Below, one piece after another: positions 17,565 to 26,606 of a stretch of 51,693 bases of DNA. Source of the stretch: a virus (Duplodnaviria; Caudoviricetes). A program made the position numbers and the translations under genes. Positions within the stretch are counted from its first letter, which is position 1, and the number at the start of each line of letters is the position of its first letter. The stretch lies in the IMG/VR virus record IMGVR_UViG_3300022863_000003, positions 1 through 51,693 of that record. One strand, written 5' to 3'. The notes beneath the pieces were generated by a model. The model made no database searches. It saw only the letters and a program-made list of their open reading frames with translations, and was not told the origin of the DNA.

Positions 17565-19015
17565 GTATTACCCTGGCTCTTCACCCCCGCGCCGGCCAGG
17601 GCCGCGGAGAAATTACCGATGGATGAGGACAGCGCGGCGTCGGACTGCGCGTTGACATTCATTATCTGCTGGTAAAGGTTCGCCGCCATACCGCTTTCCT
17701 GCACGCCTTGCTGGTAAAGCTGATCGGCCATTTGGAAGCCCTGTGCGGCAACAGTCTGGTCAACGCCGGCCAGGGCCTGCGCTTCCATCGTGGAGCCGGA
17801 CAAGCCGCTGGCGGCGTAGGTAGAGCGGATTCGCGCCTTGGCCGAATTACTGGCCTGATTAAGCGCCGACTGCGCCCCCGCAGGCAGCGCGCCGTTAAGC
17901 GACTGCTGGAGAGCCGCGCCCTGCGAGGCGAGCTGGTTTGCCTCACCGGATACCTGATTGTAGCCCTTGGGCTGCTGCTGGCTAGTAAGTGCGGAAGCAC
18001 CTAGGCCGAGCGCGCCGACAACCGCGCCGGGGTTATTGACGACCGCGTTCCCTAGACCGCTCGCAACGCCGCCCAGGTCGCCCTGCCCGAGAGCGTTAAG
18101 AATTTGCTTCCCCGAGGAGACGTTTCCGCCCGCAGCGGCTCCGTTGGGCGTACTTCCGGTCGCCCCCGCGCCCGACGAGCCGAGGCCGCTGCCGGGAGTT
18201 TGATTATTGGTCAGCCAGTTGCTGGCATCCGCCAGGGAACCCTGGCCTACGCCCGTGCCGCCGCCCGTGGGGAAGCTACCAGTGGATGACGCCCCGGTCC
18301 CGTAGATCGGGTTGTTGACAAAACTGCCGGTGCCGCCGGCTTCGGGGGACGTGATCGACCCCAAAACCTGCGACGGGTTAGCGTTTCCTGCGAAAACACC
18401 GACGTTGCTTAGCGGGGAGGACGTGATTGGGCTGGTATTAGACCCCCAGCCAACACCCTTTGCGGAATCCATGTCCGTCACGCTTACGGCAGGCTGACCG
18501 GAGGAACCGGCGGCAGTCCCTGCGGTAAGGTCGTCGGGGATAGCTCCCGGCGCGGAAACATTAGCGCCCCCGGCGGAAATCGCGGAAGTGCCGCCGCCCG
18601 TTCCGGTGGTCGGGGTAGCGTTGGCGGTGTCTGCCGCGGAAACCCCGGCATTACTGCTCCCGTACCCACCCACACCACCAATAACGCCGCCCAGTCCGGC
18701 GCCCTCCAGCATGTTACCTCCGGTGATACCGGAACTAACCACGCCGCCGAGCGCGCCGGCCAGTGCCCCGCCGCCAATGTCACCCGCCGTGCCGGCGCCG
18801 AAAGCCCCGGCTTCCGCGCCCACGCCGAAACCCGCGCCGAGCCCGCCCGTGACCGCGCCGCCGAGCGCGCCACCTTCTATACCCGTGAGGATATTTCCGC
18901 CGGTCGCGGCAGCTTCAATCCCGCCAAGGCCCCCGCCGACCGCGGCACCCGTTGCGACGCCCGTTGCGACATCGGCAAACGTCAGCGCGGCGAAAGATTC
19001 AATTATTCCGCCCAC
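17561..19015 (-). CDS. Gly-rich ejection/pilot protein
   Basis: GTG 19015 with GAGAGG SD; Gly-zipper N-terminus, Gln-rich helical C-terminus. Confidence 0.6.
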   Translation of the reverse strand: MGGIIESFAALTFADVATGVATGAAVGGGLGGIEAAATGGNILTGIEGGALGGAVTGGLGAGFGVGAEAGAFGAGTAGDIGGGALAGALGGVVSSGITGGNMLEGAGLGGVIGGVGGYGSSNAGVSAADTANATPTTGTGGGTSAISAGGANVSAPGAIPDDLTAGTAAGSSGQPAVSVTDMDSAKGVGWGSNTSPITSSPLSNVGVFAGNANPSQVLGSITSPEAGGTGSFVNNPIYGTGASSTGSFPTGGGTGVGQGSLADASNWLTNNQTPGSGLGSSGAGATGSTPNGAAAGGNVSSGKQILNALGQGDLGGVASGLGNAVVNNPGAVVGALGLGASALTSQQQPKGYNQVSGEANQLASQGAALQQSLNGALPAGAQSALNQASNSAKARIRSTYAASGLSGSTMEAQALAGVDQTVAAQGFQMADQLYQQGVQESGMAANLYQQIMNVNAQSDAALSSSIGNFSAALAGAGVKSQGNT

Positions 19016-19857
19016 GGCGTTACCTCTCGTTCCAGAGACAACCGGATATCTCCCTCCGGTGACAGGGTTAGCTCGGTATGATCGAACCAAATGCAAACGG
19101 GGTCCGCCGAAATAAGTCTCGACAGCAGATGCGTCGGACGATACGACGCCAGAGCCCATCGATTGTAGAGCGTGACCCCGCGCCCCGCGTTTCCCCCGAG
19201 AGCCATGTGATACGCCAGGCCGACGTACCGATTGTGGCTGGGCTTTTCTTCATGCAACTCGCCCCATTTGATTCCGCGTTCGAGAGCTTCGCCCTTCGGC
19301 TCGCCCACCAGCCCCAGGCGTTCGCCTTCTTCGGCAAACCGTTCGTGGAGCCAAGCCCCCGTCTCTTCCATTTCAGGAGCGCGAGACGCCCATTCCTGCA
19401 AACGGATCGAGTATATATGAACCGGACGCAAACGGCCACGGAACAAATACGGGGCATCGGGAGTGAACTCGTAAGTCATGCCGGACCGGATTGTTGTTGC
19501 CTTGGCGGGCAAATGTCCTTCAGGAACGCGGGTAACAATCTCGAAGGCATCCGTGTTCGTGAAGACCCACCGAATACCGGCCTGTATAAAAGAATCCGTC
19601 CACTCCCCCCGTCCGTCAGGGAGAACCTGCGTATGAACTTCCAGAACCCCCGGCATTAGCCGACGCAGGACGAAGACGCCGTAATCCCCGAGCAGAATGA
19701 AAATGTCCGGGTGCGCCGCAACCGGGGCCAAGTCAATTTCTCCGGTTCCTAGAGCGGCCACGTATGGCCGCACAGCTGGATGGTTGATTATTTCGTTAGC
19801 TCGCGCCGCTTCGAAAACCCGTTCGATCCTTGGCAGTTTGCTCTGAAATACGCTCAT
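19003..19857 (-). CDS. GNAT-like virion-assembly protein (DUF2824/P22 gp14-like)
   Basis: NHPAVRP, LEVHTQVLPDGRG, IVTRVP and G..YE motifs; position between tail and ejection genes. Confidence 0.6.
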   Translation of the reverse strand: MSVFQSKLPRIERVFEAARANEIINHPAVRPYVAALGTGEIDLAPVAAHPDIFILLGDYGVFVLRRLMPGVLEVHTQVLPDGRGEWTDSFIQAGIRWVFTNTDAFEIVTRVPEGHLPAKATTIRSGMTYEFTPDAPYLFRGRLRPVHIYSIRLQEWASRAPEMEETGAWLHERFAEEGERLGLVGEPKGEALERGIKWGELHEEKPSHNRYVGLAYHMALGGNAGRGVTLYNRWALASYRPTHLLSRLISADPVCIWFDHTELTLSPEGDIRLSLEREVTPWAE

Positions 19858-20867
19858 GCCGCGATACTCCGCCCTTTTCGCATATGGGCAAACAGCAGCA
19901 TCGATTGCACCAGCGGCAGCTCCCCTAACTCAGGCATAAGCAGCCCGCGGGCCGGGGCGTGCGTCAAGTCATCCAAGTCAATCTCGTCCACGGACGGCCA
20001 GCGGAGCAGAAAGAAGTCCCGGTTCCCCACTTTCACGATCAGCACGTAGGGGTGGCTCCCCTTCATCACGCGCCCCGTCAGCCCTCGGGCGACAAGTTCA
20101 TAGTTAAACGCGTGAACCAATTCGGACAAGGCCATCGGCGTTCCTAAATCCGTGCCGATCGCTCCGGTGACGCGCATGCGGATGTATGTTTCTGGGGGCA
20201 GATCGAGCGATAACGCCGCGTCCAGCGCGGGGCCGACATCTTCGGCTTTGCAGATGGAAAACGCAACGTGCCACAGCCCAACGGGCGAGTGACGCAAATT
20301 CGAAATGGCCCGCAGCTTGGCTTCGTACAGTTCCCGACCGACGTACTCAGGAAATTGCAGAGACACCGCCGTAGAGGTTAACCCCGCGTCGGCCAGGGCC
20401 ACTAGGTATCGTCGAGAAGCCAGCTTCACCCCGTTTGTGTAAAGCGCCACACGTTTCCCGGTTTCTTCTCGAATGGCGGAGACTAATTCCGGCAGATCGA
20501 CGCGAACGGTGGATTCTGCCCCGAGAAGACAAATCGTTCTCTTCGTGGCGAGCCGGGCGATGTCCACGACATCGGAAATTGGAGGATCGGGGCCCTTGTC
20601 CGGCTGGTGATAGCACTGCGGGCAAGCCATGTTGCAGCGGTCGGTCGTGTTGATCATTGTGGCTTGCGTCCGCGCCGCCACGGCATCGGCGTCAAACACG
20701 GTGTCAGCCATCCATCCGTAGAACCGAGCATTTGGCTCACGGACGACCGTCGTCTCGCCGTGTGTCGGGCAACGCTTAACGAGCACGACGGCACCGTTCA
20801 CGATTCGCCGTTCAGCCGGCACCGTCTGGTAGCAAACGGGGCACATGCTGCGGGTCTGCGTATTCAT
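19854..20867 (-). CDS. Radical SAM protein with a Tes/MJ0619-type N-terminal metal-binding domain
   Basis: TRSMCPVC...KRCPTHG; TDRCNMACPQCY (CxxxCxxC); LLGAEST; YTNGVKL; coupled by TGATG and ATGA overlaps. Confidence 0.88.
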   Translation of the reverse strand: MNTQTRSMCPVCYQTVPAERRIVNGAVVLVKRCPTHGETTVVREPNARFYGWMADTVFDADAVAARTQATMINTTDRCNMACPQCYHQPDKGPDPPISDVVDIARLATKRTICLLGAESTVRVDLPELVSAIREETGKRVALYTNGVKLASRRYLVALADAGLTSTAVSLQFPEYVGRELYEAKLRAISNLRHSPVGLWHVAFSICKAEDVGPALDAALSLDLPPETYIRMRVTGAIGTDLGTPMALSELVHAFNYELVARGLTGRVMKGSHPYVLIVKVGNRDFFLLRWPSVDEIDLDDLTHAPARGLLMPELGELPLVQSMLLFAHMRKGRSIAA

Positions 20868-21370
20868 CACAGCTCCAAATAACAGATGGAGCGCCACTTG
20901 AACTTGGGGAACGCCTCTTTTAGAAGCTCCTTCCGCGCCCCAGCGGCTTTTTCAAACCGGAACTCGGTGGCGTGGACCCGCTTGCCCCATGCCTCGAAAT
21001 GCCGGTAAATCTCGATGCCGTCCGTCTCGAAACCGGGCTGGCAGAAGGTAAAAACCTCCTCCACAATCGGCGTCGGGTCCATCGGGTCGTTGACGATCTG
21101 GGCGAGCCCGACCGCGTGGTCAGAGCAAGCGATGTTAAACTGGTTCTCCAGCATCCACATCCGCAGCCAGCCGTTCACGATGGTCTGGTTCTGCACACCA
21201 AACTGCTCTTGCAGCAGCGGCACCAGCCAGGGGGCGAGCAAATTCAGCGCGGCCTGATCCAGCCGGCGGATAATCGGTTTGACGGGTCTGGTGTCGAAGA
21301 CCGGAGCGGGCTCCGGGGGTTGGATTTCTTTGCGAGGGCGTCCCAGGCCTCGGCGGAGTTCGTCAGTCAT
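20867..21370 (-). CDS. Hypothetical protein, possible GNAT fold
   Basis: VEEVFTFCQPG..GIEIYRHFEAWGKR resembles GNAT motif A; start at MTDELRR. Confidence 0.5.
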   Translation of the reverse strand: MTDELRRGLGRPRKEIQPPEPAPVFDTRPVKPIIRRLDQAALNLLAPWLVPLLQEQFGVQNQTIVNGWLRMWMLENQFNIACSDHAVGLAQIVNDPMDPTPIVEEVFTFCQPGFETDGIEIYRHFEAWGKRVHATEFRFEKAAGARKELLKEAFPKFKWRSICYLEL

Positions 21371-21372
21371 CG

Positions 21373-21702
21373 CTAAATCCCCAATATCTTTGCGGCTTGG
21401 TAATGCTCTTGCGCGTGGAGCCAGATCCACGACGAAAGCTCACTCGGCTTTTTGAAGTCTACATCCGAAAGGTCGTTCCCTGCAATCCCCAGCACGGCAT
21501 TCATCAGATTGTGGACATTCTGGTGAGTTTGCAGCCAGTTTTGCTGGTCAGTCGGGATCGGGTCCAGCACGTAATCAGGCATCTGGATGCTGTATTTTTG
21601 CAAAATACCCAAGTTGATCTGTGTGTGTTCGTCCGCATTGGCGAAGCTGAATTGCGCCAATGCGGTTTTGTCCTTCGGTATGTTGTACAGCGACGCCAGC
21701 AT
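21373..21702 (-). CDS. Hypothetical virion-module protein, His-rich
   Basis: 109 aa; repeated W..H...H pattern. Confidence 0.65.
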   Translation of the reverse strand: MLASLYNIPKDKTALAQFSFANADEHTQINLGILQKYSIQMPDYVLDPIPTDQQNWLQTHQNVHNLMNAVLGIAGNDLSDVDFKKPSELSSWIWLHAQEHYQAAKILGI

Positions 21703-22838
21703 TAGAAGGTGTAGCCAGTGATCGAAATCGTCGTGTTGACGGTATTCGTCCCGGCTTTCCAGGCAACCTGCTGGGCGGTGGTCAGCGGCACCGCGTTGAA
21801 CGTCCCGGCAGAGCCCCAGCTATCCAGGGCAGTTCCAGACTGGCCGGAGACAACGTGCTGCGCGTACAGGCCCGCGGTCGTGGAGGCGATGGCAACCTGG
21901 GCGGCAGCCGCCGTGCTGGTCGAACCCGCCGTACCGAACACGGTCAGCGCGCCGTAGGGCACCGCCGACGAAATCGCCAGGGTAGCATACGTGTTGGCCG
22001 TGCCTGCGGTGCCTGTGAAAACCTGCGTCGGCCCGACGAACACGGTTCGGTCGAATTGCTGGAACGGGAGAACATTGCCCGAGCCGTCCGTTAAGCCGGT
22101 CCACAGCAGCACGGAGAACACGTAGCCTGCGGGCATGTGCGTTCCATGGTACACGGCGGCGGGGGCAACGGAGGCAGAGGCGTAGCCCAACGTACTCCAG
22201 GTGGCGGTGGACGGGTTGTAAATGGCGTAGACGGCCAGAGCGCCGGAGGTCGGGGGAGCACCCGTGTCCATGCCGCCCGCGCCTGTGGTGGCACCGTTGA
22301 ACGACAGCGACTGGCTGGCGCCCTTCACCGACAGTCCGCCGAGGGTGGCGGAGGCGGTCAATTCAGGCACGACCCAAGTCGCGGTCTTGGCGGAGCCGGG
22401 GGCAACGCCGCTCAGGGTGCGGGCAACGCCGGTCTGCGGCTGCACGGAATTGGAGGCCGAAACCGTCAGATGCCACCCGCCAGCGCCGCTATTCAACGCG
22501 CTGTCGTAAGTGTACACGACCAGATTGTTCGGCGCGATTTCGTAGCCAGTCAGCAGCGCCGGGCCGGCGGCAGTGTCTTTGTAGACGTTGACGCCGGGGA
22601 GCGTGCCAACTTGCATGGTCTGCGCGGAGGTGTTGTACGCCGTCGCCACCGCAGAGAAGGTCGTGTAATTGGCGTAAGCCATGATAGCGGGCAAGCTCGT
22701 CGGCGGGGTCAGCGTGACGGTGTTCGTGCCGGTCAGGGTGCAGGGGACGACAACGCTTGCGCCCAGCGCGGCGAAATTACCGTCTAGCTCTTGGCCGGTG
22801 GCCTGCGTCAGATTGGCGAAAAGGGTGAAAGTCATCAA
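21702..22838 (-). CDS. Tail/tail-fibre structural protein
   Basis: 378 aa, Thr/Ala-rich; N-terminal ELDGNF motif. Confidence 0.6.
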   Translation of the reverse strand: MMTFTLFANLTQATGQELDGNFAALGASVVVPCTLTGTNTVTLTPPTSLPAIMAYANYTTFSAVATAYNTSAQTMQVGTLPGVNVYKDTAAGPALLTGYEIAPNNLVVYTYDSALNSGAGGWHLTVSASNSVQPQTGVARTLSGVAPGSAKTATWVVPELTASATLGGLSVKGASQSLSFNGATTGAGGMDTGAPPTSGALAVYAIYNPSTATWSTLGYASASVAPAAVYHGTHMPAGYVFSVLLWTGLTDGSGNVLPFQQFDRTVFVGPTQVFTGTAGTANTYATLAISSAVPYGALTVFGTAGSTSTAAAAQVAIASTTAGLYAQHVVSGQSGTALDSWGSAGTFNAVPLTTAQQVAWKAGTNTVNTTISITGYTF

Positions 22839-22844
22839 TGCCTC

Positions 22845-24890
22845 CTACAGATTGGCCTGGCGTACCGTCTCGACAAGCGTCAGAGACATGATGGAAAGAT
22901 CAGGGGCGGCGGTCGAAACGGTCAAACCGAGCAACGCCCCTGAGAGAGAAACGGCCAGGGGGCCGAAGATGGACTGCCCGCCGGAATACCAAGTCATCGG
23001 GACCGCCCCCAGGGCCGTCCACGAGATGGCGGCTCCGCTACTATTCGTCCACGTCATCAGCCCGGGAGGCATGACGGGAGTGGCCGTAGTCGCGGACACC
23101 GTGCCATTGTCCAGCGTCACGGTCAGCGGCTGCGTGGACGCCACGTTATACTGGACCATCCCGTAGAGCCGAGCGGCCATTTTGGTAAAATAATACCCCG
23201 GCGCATCCCATAATTTTGACTGGACCGTCTTCGTCAGCGCCGTGGATGGCTGCTGGAATAACGGGTACAACGACGCTCCGTCTGTCCCCCAGGCGGTCAT
23301 CACCGAGTTAAGCTCTTGCGTGGCGATAAAAGTCAGGCTCGGCTCTTGGTTTGCCGTCCACCACCGCTGGCCGTCCCACATCATCAGCTTATTGACGCGC
23401 TGGCCCGTCACTTGATCGATAACCGGGAGCAACAACATGTAGACGTGAATACCAAAAATCACCGCCACTGCTGATGACGGATAAAAGCCCGTCAGAGAGG
23501 ACACCGACGCAAAGAACCCGTCCAACTGCGGCGAAACTTTCGTCACCGCACCGCCGTAAGACACATGCACCCCGAAAGAATTAGCGAACACAATATTACG
23601 GGAAAACACTTGAACCGAGCCCGGCCAGGGGGTGCCGATCTGCGGGTCCACGTTCTGATTGGTGAATGTGGTCGTCGGCGGGGAGCCTGCCGTCTGAACG
23701 CCCGAGATATAGTTCATGGACGAATCAGCCAGCAGGTACAGAAAGCCGTTCGACTGTTTCAACGCGGAAAAACCGATACGCAAAAACGAATCATTCGAGG
23801 TAAACGCCCCGCCGCCGTCGGAGGCCCCAAAGTCGTTCACACTGGCAGGGGCAGTGAACAGGATTTTCGCCCCATTCGCGGTCCAAACGCGGGACTGGAA
23901 CGTCTCCACCGTCGTTCCGTTCACACCAAATGGCATGGCCGACACGGTAGCGGTGGCGACGGTGTTATTATAGTCCGTGATAATCACGGTCGGGGCGGAG
24001 GTGTATCCCTGGCCCGCCGTAGTGACGTTGACCGCTGACACGGACCCCCCGGCTACCGAGGCCGTGGCTACCGCCCCGCTACCGCCGCCGCCCGAAATCG
24101 TTACGGAGGTCGTGCTGGTGTAGCCGAGGCCGGCGGTGGTCACGTTGATCGAGGAAACGGACCCGCCGGAGATAACCGCCGTCGCCTGCGCCGTGGAATT
24201 GACGTTCCCGCCCCCTGAAAAAGATAGGTAAACCGAGTCCGTGTAGGTATATCCCGAGCCCGGGTTTGTCACGCTGATCGTCTCAATCGCGCCGTCCTGG
24301 AGCGTGGCTACGAACGTCGCCCCGGTCCCGGCGCCGCCCACAGCGGTAATCGTCGGGGCGGAGGTATAGTCAAACCCGCCGCTGTTGATATCGACATAGG
24401 AGCCCAGCGTGCCGGGCTCGTAAAACAACAGCCCGTCCCACAGGAAATAGCCATTCGGCTGCGCGGACACGATGATAATGTACTGGCTGCCCCACTGCGA
24501 CAGCCCGACCGAAGACGGCGATGGGTTATCGATTGTCCCGACTGGAGCAACAATGACGGCAACGCCGGTCGTAGTGTTGACTTGGACGATACTACCGTCC
24601 GACAGGAAAACCATGCAGATCGGGGTGGAGGCGATGTTGCCAAAGCCATAAAACACGATGGTTTTGCCCGAGGGCGCGGTGTACATCGCCGGGCCGGCGC
24701 CGAAGAGCGTGCGCAGGTTGTTCTTTCCGAGGGGGATAAACCCGTCGCAGATGAACATCTCCTGGTCTTCGATGGCCGGGCGCGTCGGGCGCGTATTCAG
24801 CCCGGCAAAGCCGTCCCACACGATGGGGAGCGGGTTGCTCGGGAAACCCGGTGTCTGGGGCGGGGATGCGGGGAGGGAGCCGTCAGCCAT
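22845..24890 (-). CDS. Tail tubular/nozzle protein with inserted Gly-Tyr beta repeats
   Basis: 681 aa; FAGLN N-terminus; position after the adaptors. Confidence 0.65.
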   Translation of the reverse strand: MADGSLPASPPQTPGFPSNPLPIVWDGFAGLNTRPTRPAIEDQEMFICDGFIPLGKNNLRTLFGAGPAMYTAPSGKTIVFYGFGNIASTPICMVFLSDGSIVQVNTTTGVAVIVAPVGTIDNPSPSSVGLSQWGSQYIIIVSAQPNGYFLWDGLLFYEPGTLGSYVDINSGGFDYTSAPTITAVGGAGTGATFVATLQDGAIETISVTNPGSGYTYTDSVYLSFSGGGNVNSTAQATAVISGGSVSSINVTTAGLGYTSTTSVTISGGGGSGAVATASVAGGSVSAVNVTTAGQGYTSAPTVIITDYNNTVATATVSAMPFGVNGTTVETFQSRVWTANGAKILFTAPASVNDFGASDGGGAFTSNDSFLRIGFSALKQSNGFLYLLADSSMNYISGVQTAGSPPTTTFTNQNVDPQIGTPWPGSVQVFSRNIVFANSFGVHVSYGGAVTKVSPQLDGFFASVSSLTGFYPSSAVAVIFGIHVYMLLLPVIDQVTGQRVNKLMMWDGQRWWTANQEPSLTFIATQELNSVMTAWGTDGASLYPLFQQPSTALTKTVQSKLWDAPGYYFTKMAARLYGMVQYNVASTQPLTVTLDNGTVSATTATPVMPPGLMTWTNSSGAAISWTALGAVPMTWYSGGQSIFGPLAVSLSGALLGLTVSTAAPDLSIMSLTLVETVRQANL

Positions 24891-24904
24891 TTTCTATATC
24901 CATC

Positions 24905-25831
24905 TCAACGACTTGAACCGTACGGGTTAACGGCGCGGCCAGGGCTAGCCGCGCCTCTGCTACGCACCAAGAACTCATCCGCCATTTTTCGATAATACGC
25001 GGCACTGTTGAGGTTTTGCAGTTGCAGATAGCAATAGTGCGCCGCCAGGAACTGCACGGCGTCGGACCACGGATGCGGAATAACGTCCACGTCCTGGTCG
25101 GTCTGCAAGTCTTGGGGCAGGCACAGGCAGTCAATTTCCATCTGGTACGGCTGACTGGCGATGGGATATAGATACAGCGATCCGTTCGCGCCCTGCCCGA
25201 ACTGAGCGGCGGCGGTGGGCACGTACTGATAGGTCAGCGGGAACTGCCGAATATATGCCTGATAGGAGCTGAAGGACCAGACCGGCAGAGAATAGCGGTA
25301 ATTGGCAAAAATAATGCTAACCGAGCGCACGGCGATGACCTCTGCCACACCGGGGAACGTCGAGAGGTCGAACGAGGAGAACGGATAAATCTCCTGGCCG
25401 TCCTGCGTGATATTCGTGGGGGATGTCGCGGCCCGGGCCGAGGCGTTGACGCCGGTGGGGTCGGTGATCGTGATCTGGGGCTGGAAATAGCCGCTGCCGC
25501 CATAGGTCACGTCGATATTCGTGATAACGCCGGCCTGCACGGTTGCCTGGGCGGTCGCCTGCGCGCCCAGCGGGTTCTGCGCGGTGCCGTTGGGAAAATC
25601 CGGGGCGGTCACGGTCACGACGGGCGCGGTGTACCCCGTGCCGCCGTTAACCACCGTGATCGTCGTCACGCTGCCCGATATGGGCGGCAGAATACGAACG
25701 CACTGCGAGCGCATGGCGACTTCGCGGCGGGCGTAGTTAATGTGGGAAATCAAGTCGGCGGGGTTGATCAGCACTTGGCTGGTGTCGTTGATCAGGCGCT
25801 GAACCTGTTGCATATAGGCAAATAGCGCCAT
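24905..25831 (-). CDS. Head-tail adaptor paralogue B, with an inserted beta module
   Basis: INYARRE..CVR, QFGQGANGSLYLYP, IPHPWSDAV. Confidence 0.65.
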   Translation of the reverse strand: MALFAYMQQVQRLINDTSQVLINPADLISHINYARREVAMRSQCVRILPPISGSVTTITVVNGGTGYTAPVVTVTAPDFPNGTAQNPLGAQATAQATVQAGVITNIDVTYGGSGYFQPQITITDPTGVNASARAATSPTNITQDGQEIYPFSSFDLSTFPGVAEVIAVRSVSIIFANYRYSLPVWSFSSYQAYIRQFPLTYQYVPTAAAQFGQGANGSLYLYPIASQPYQMEIDCLCLPQDLQTDQDVDVIPHPWSDAVQFLAAHYCYLQLQNLNSAAYYRKMADEFLVRSRGAASPGRAVNPYGSSR

Positions 25832-26539
25832 TTACTGCCCTCCCGCAGACGCGCCAAGCTGGCCGGCGCGGGTCGGATTTCCGCTCTGCGCCGCTTGCAT
25901 CGGGTTGACCGAGGGATTGGACAGCTGCCGCGCCCGCTGCATAAACGTCTGAAATTGCTGCCACATGGCCTGCGCGTCGGTGGTGCGCTGCGCGGACATC
26001 AACGCGAGGTACGCCGCATAATAAGGCACACAGTCTGTCCACGGGTATGGGATGGCCTCGGCGGTCGTGTCGTCCACCAGCACGACCGGCAGGCATACGC
26101 AATCCAAGTTCAGCGTATATGCTTGGTCGGGCACCGGGTTCACGTAAAGCGAGCCGCCCGCCCCCTGGCCGAATTGGGAATACTGCTTGGTAATCCCCTG
26201 CTGCGGCACCGGATTATTCAGGTAATAGGTCTGGAAATAGGGGAACGCCCGGGGATGCAACCACGCCTGCCCGCTCGCTACAGAAACCGTAGCGCCGCGC
26301 ACGGTTAGGGCGCTCGCCACGCCTGCGGTTCCGCTCACGCTGATCGAGGCCAGGGGGTAAGCCTGCGTGCCGCCGGTCAGCGCCAAGGTTCCCATGACGC
26401 GGATGCACTCGGCCTCGCCCGCAATCTGACCGCGCGCGCTGTTTATGTACGAAGTCAGGTCTGACGTAGCGTACAGAGAAGCCGCAGCCGGGGGGTTCTG
26501 GAGCAACTGCGTCGTGCGTAGCAGGTAAGCGGCGAGCAT
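25832..26539 (-). CDS. Head-tail adaptor paralogue A
   Basis: INSARGQ..CIR, QFGQGAGGSLYVNP, IPYPWTDCV. Confidence 0.65.
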   Translation of the reverse strand: MLAAYLLRTTQLLQNPPAAASLYATSDLTSYINSARGQIAGEAECIRVMGTLALTGGTQAYPLASISVSGTAGVASALTVRGATVSVASGQAWLHPRAFPYFQTYYLNNPVPQQGITKQYSQFGQGAGGSLYVNPVPDQAYTLNLDCVCLPVVLVDDTTAEAIPYPWTDCVPYYAAYLALMSAQRTTDAQAMWQQFQTFMQRARQLSNPSVNPMQAAQSGNPTRAGQLGASAGGQ

Positions 26540-26550
26540 CTAATACCCCT

Positions 26551-26582
26551 AAAAAAGAAGGGCGGGTTTTTAGGCCCGCCCT
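26551..26582 (-). terminator. Intrinsic terminator after the capsid genes
   Basis: AGGGCGGG-CCTAAAAA-CCCGCCCT-TCTTTTTT on the - strand. Confidence 0.85.
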
Positions 26583-26606
26583 ACTGTACCAGACTCGGAA
26601 CGGAAC

